37,565 nt of DNA from NCBI GenBank assembly GCA_001642005.1, contig LWCA01000237.1:1-37565 (forward strand), in the 5' to 3' direction. The stretch is from Intoshia linei (lineage: Eukaryota > Animalia > Orthonectida). The translations under genes were made by a program, and so were the position numbers. Shown here one piece after another: positions 37,457 through 37,565 of the stretch (the stretch's first letter is position 1; every line of letters starts with the position of its first letter). Below the pieces are notes generated by a model that saw only the letters and a list, made by a program, of their open reading frames with translations, did not search any database and was not told the DNA's origin.

Positions 37457-37565
37457 GTATATATTAAATTAAAATGGAACAATAATTTTTTTAATAAGGA
37501 AATGTTATATCACGTTAAAACATGGATATGAGAACAGAAAACCTAATTATGATAATATTATATTA

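Noticed and set aside
1-37565. CRISPR arrays, tRNA/rRNA genes, prokaryotic defence systems
   Set aside because: No regularly spaced repeats or recognisable structural RNA genes seen; the locus is intron-containing animal DNA.

Overview
Very AT-rich eukaryotic (animal) DNA with many ~39-48 nt GT-AG micro-introns. This style resembles a compacted invertebrate genome such as an orthonectid's; that is an inference and unverified. Contents in order: ~8.7 kb gene-free region with hAT-type MITEs; a 4-homeodomain zinc-finger gene (ZFHX3/4/zfh2 family, +, 8772-16759); a dispersed ~700 bp repeat; an orphan OATP/SLCO-like last exon; a 12-exon PDE1-like phosphodiesterase (-, 28608-19476) whose introns hold two Tc1/mariner-superfamily elements and several MITEs; a decayed Ty3/gypsy pol fragment in a divergent promoter; then a tight block of RNF113A/CWC24 (+), C7orf31/SPMIP4-like (-), LACTB2 (-) and the first exon of ATP2C1/SPCA (+). 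The most striking observation is a DD37E (TRT-like) transposase whose catalytic domain is split by two host-style micro-introns (42 and 47 nt). Other oddities: a 109-bp same-orientation intronic repeat present twice, a spectrin-repeat-like reading frame inside a PDE intron, a MITE with a 5-bp TSD, and a PDE1 apparently lacking its calmodulin-binding N-terminus. All homology calls come from manual translation and recalled family motifs, not database searches.
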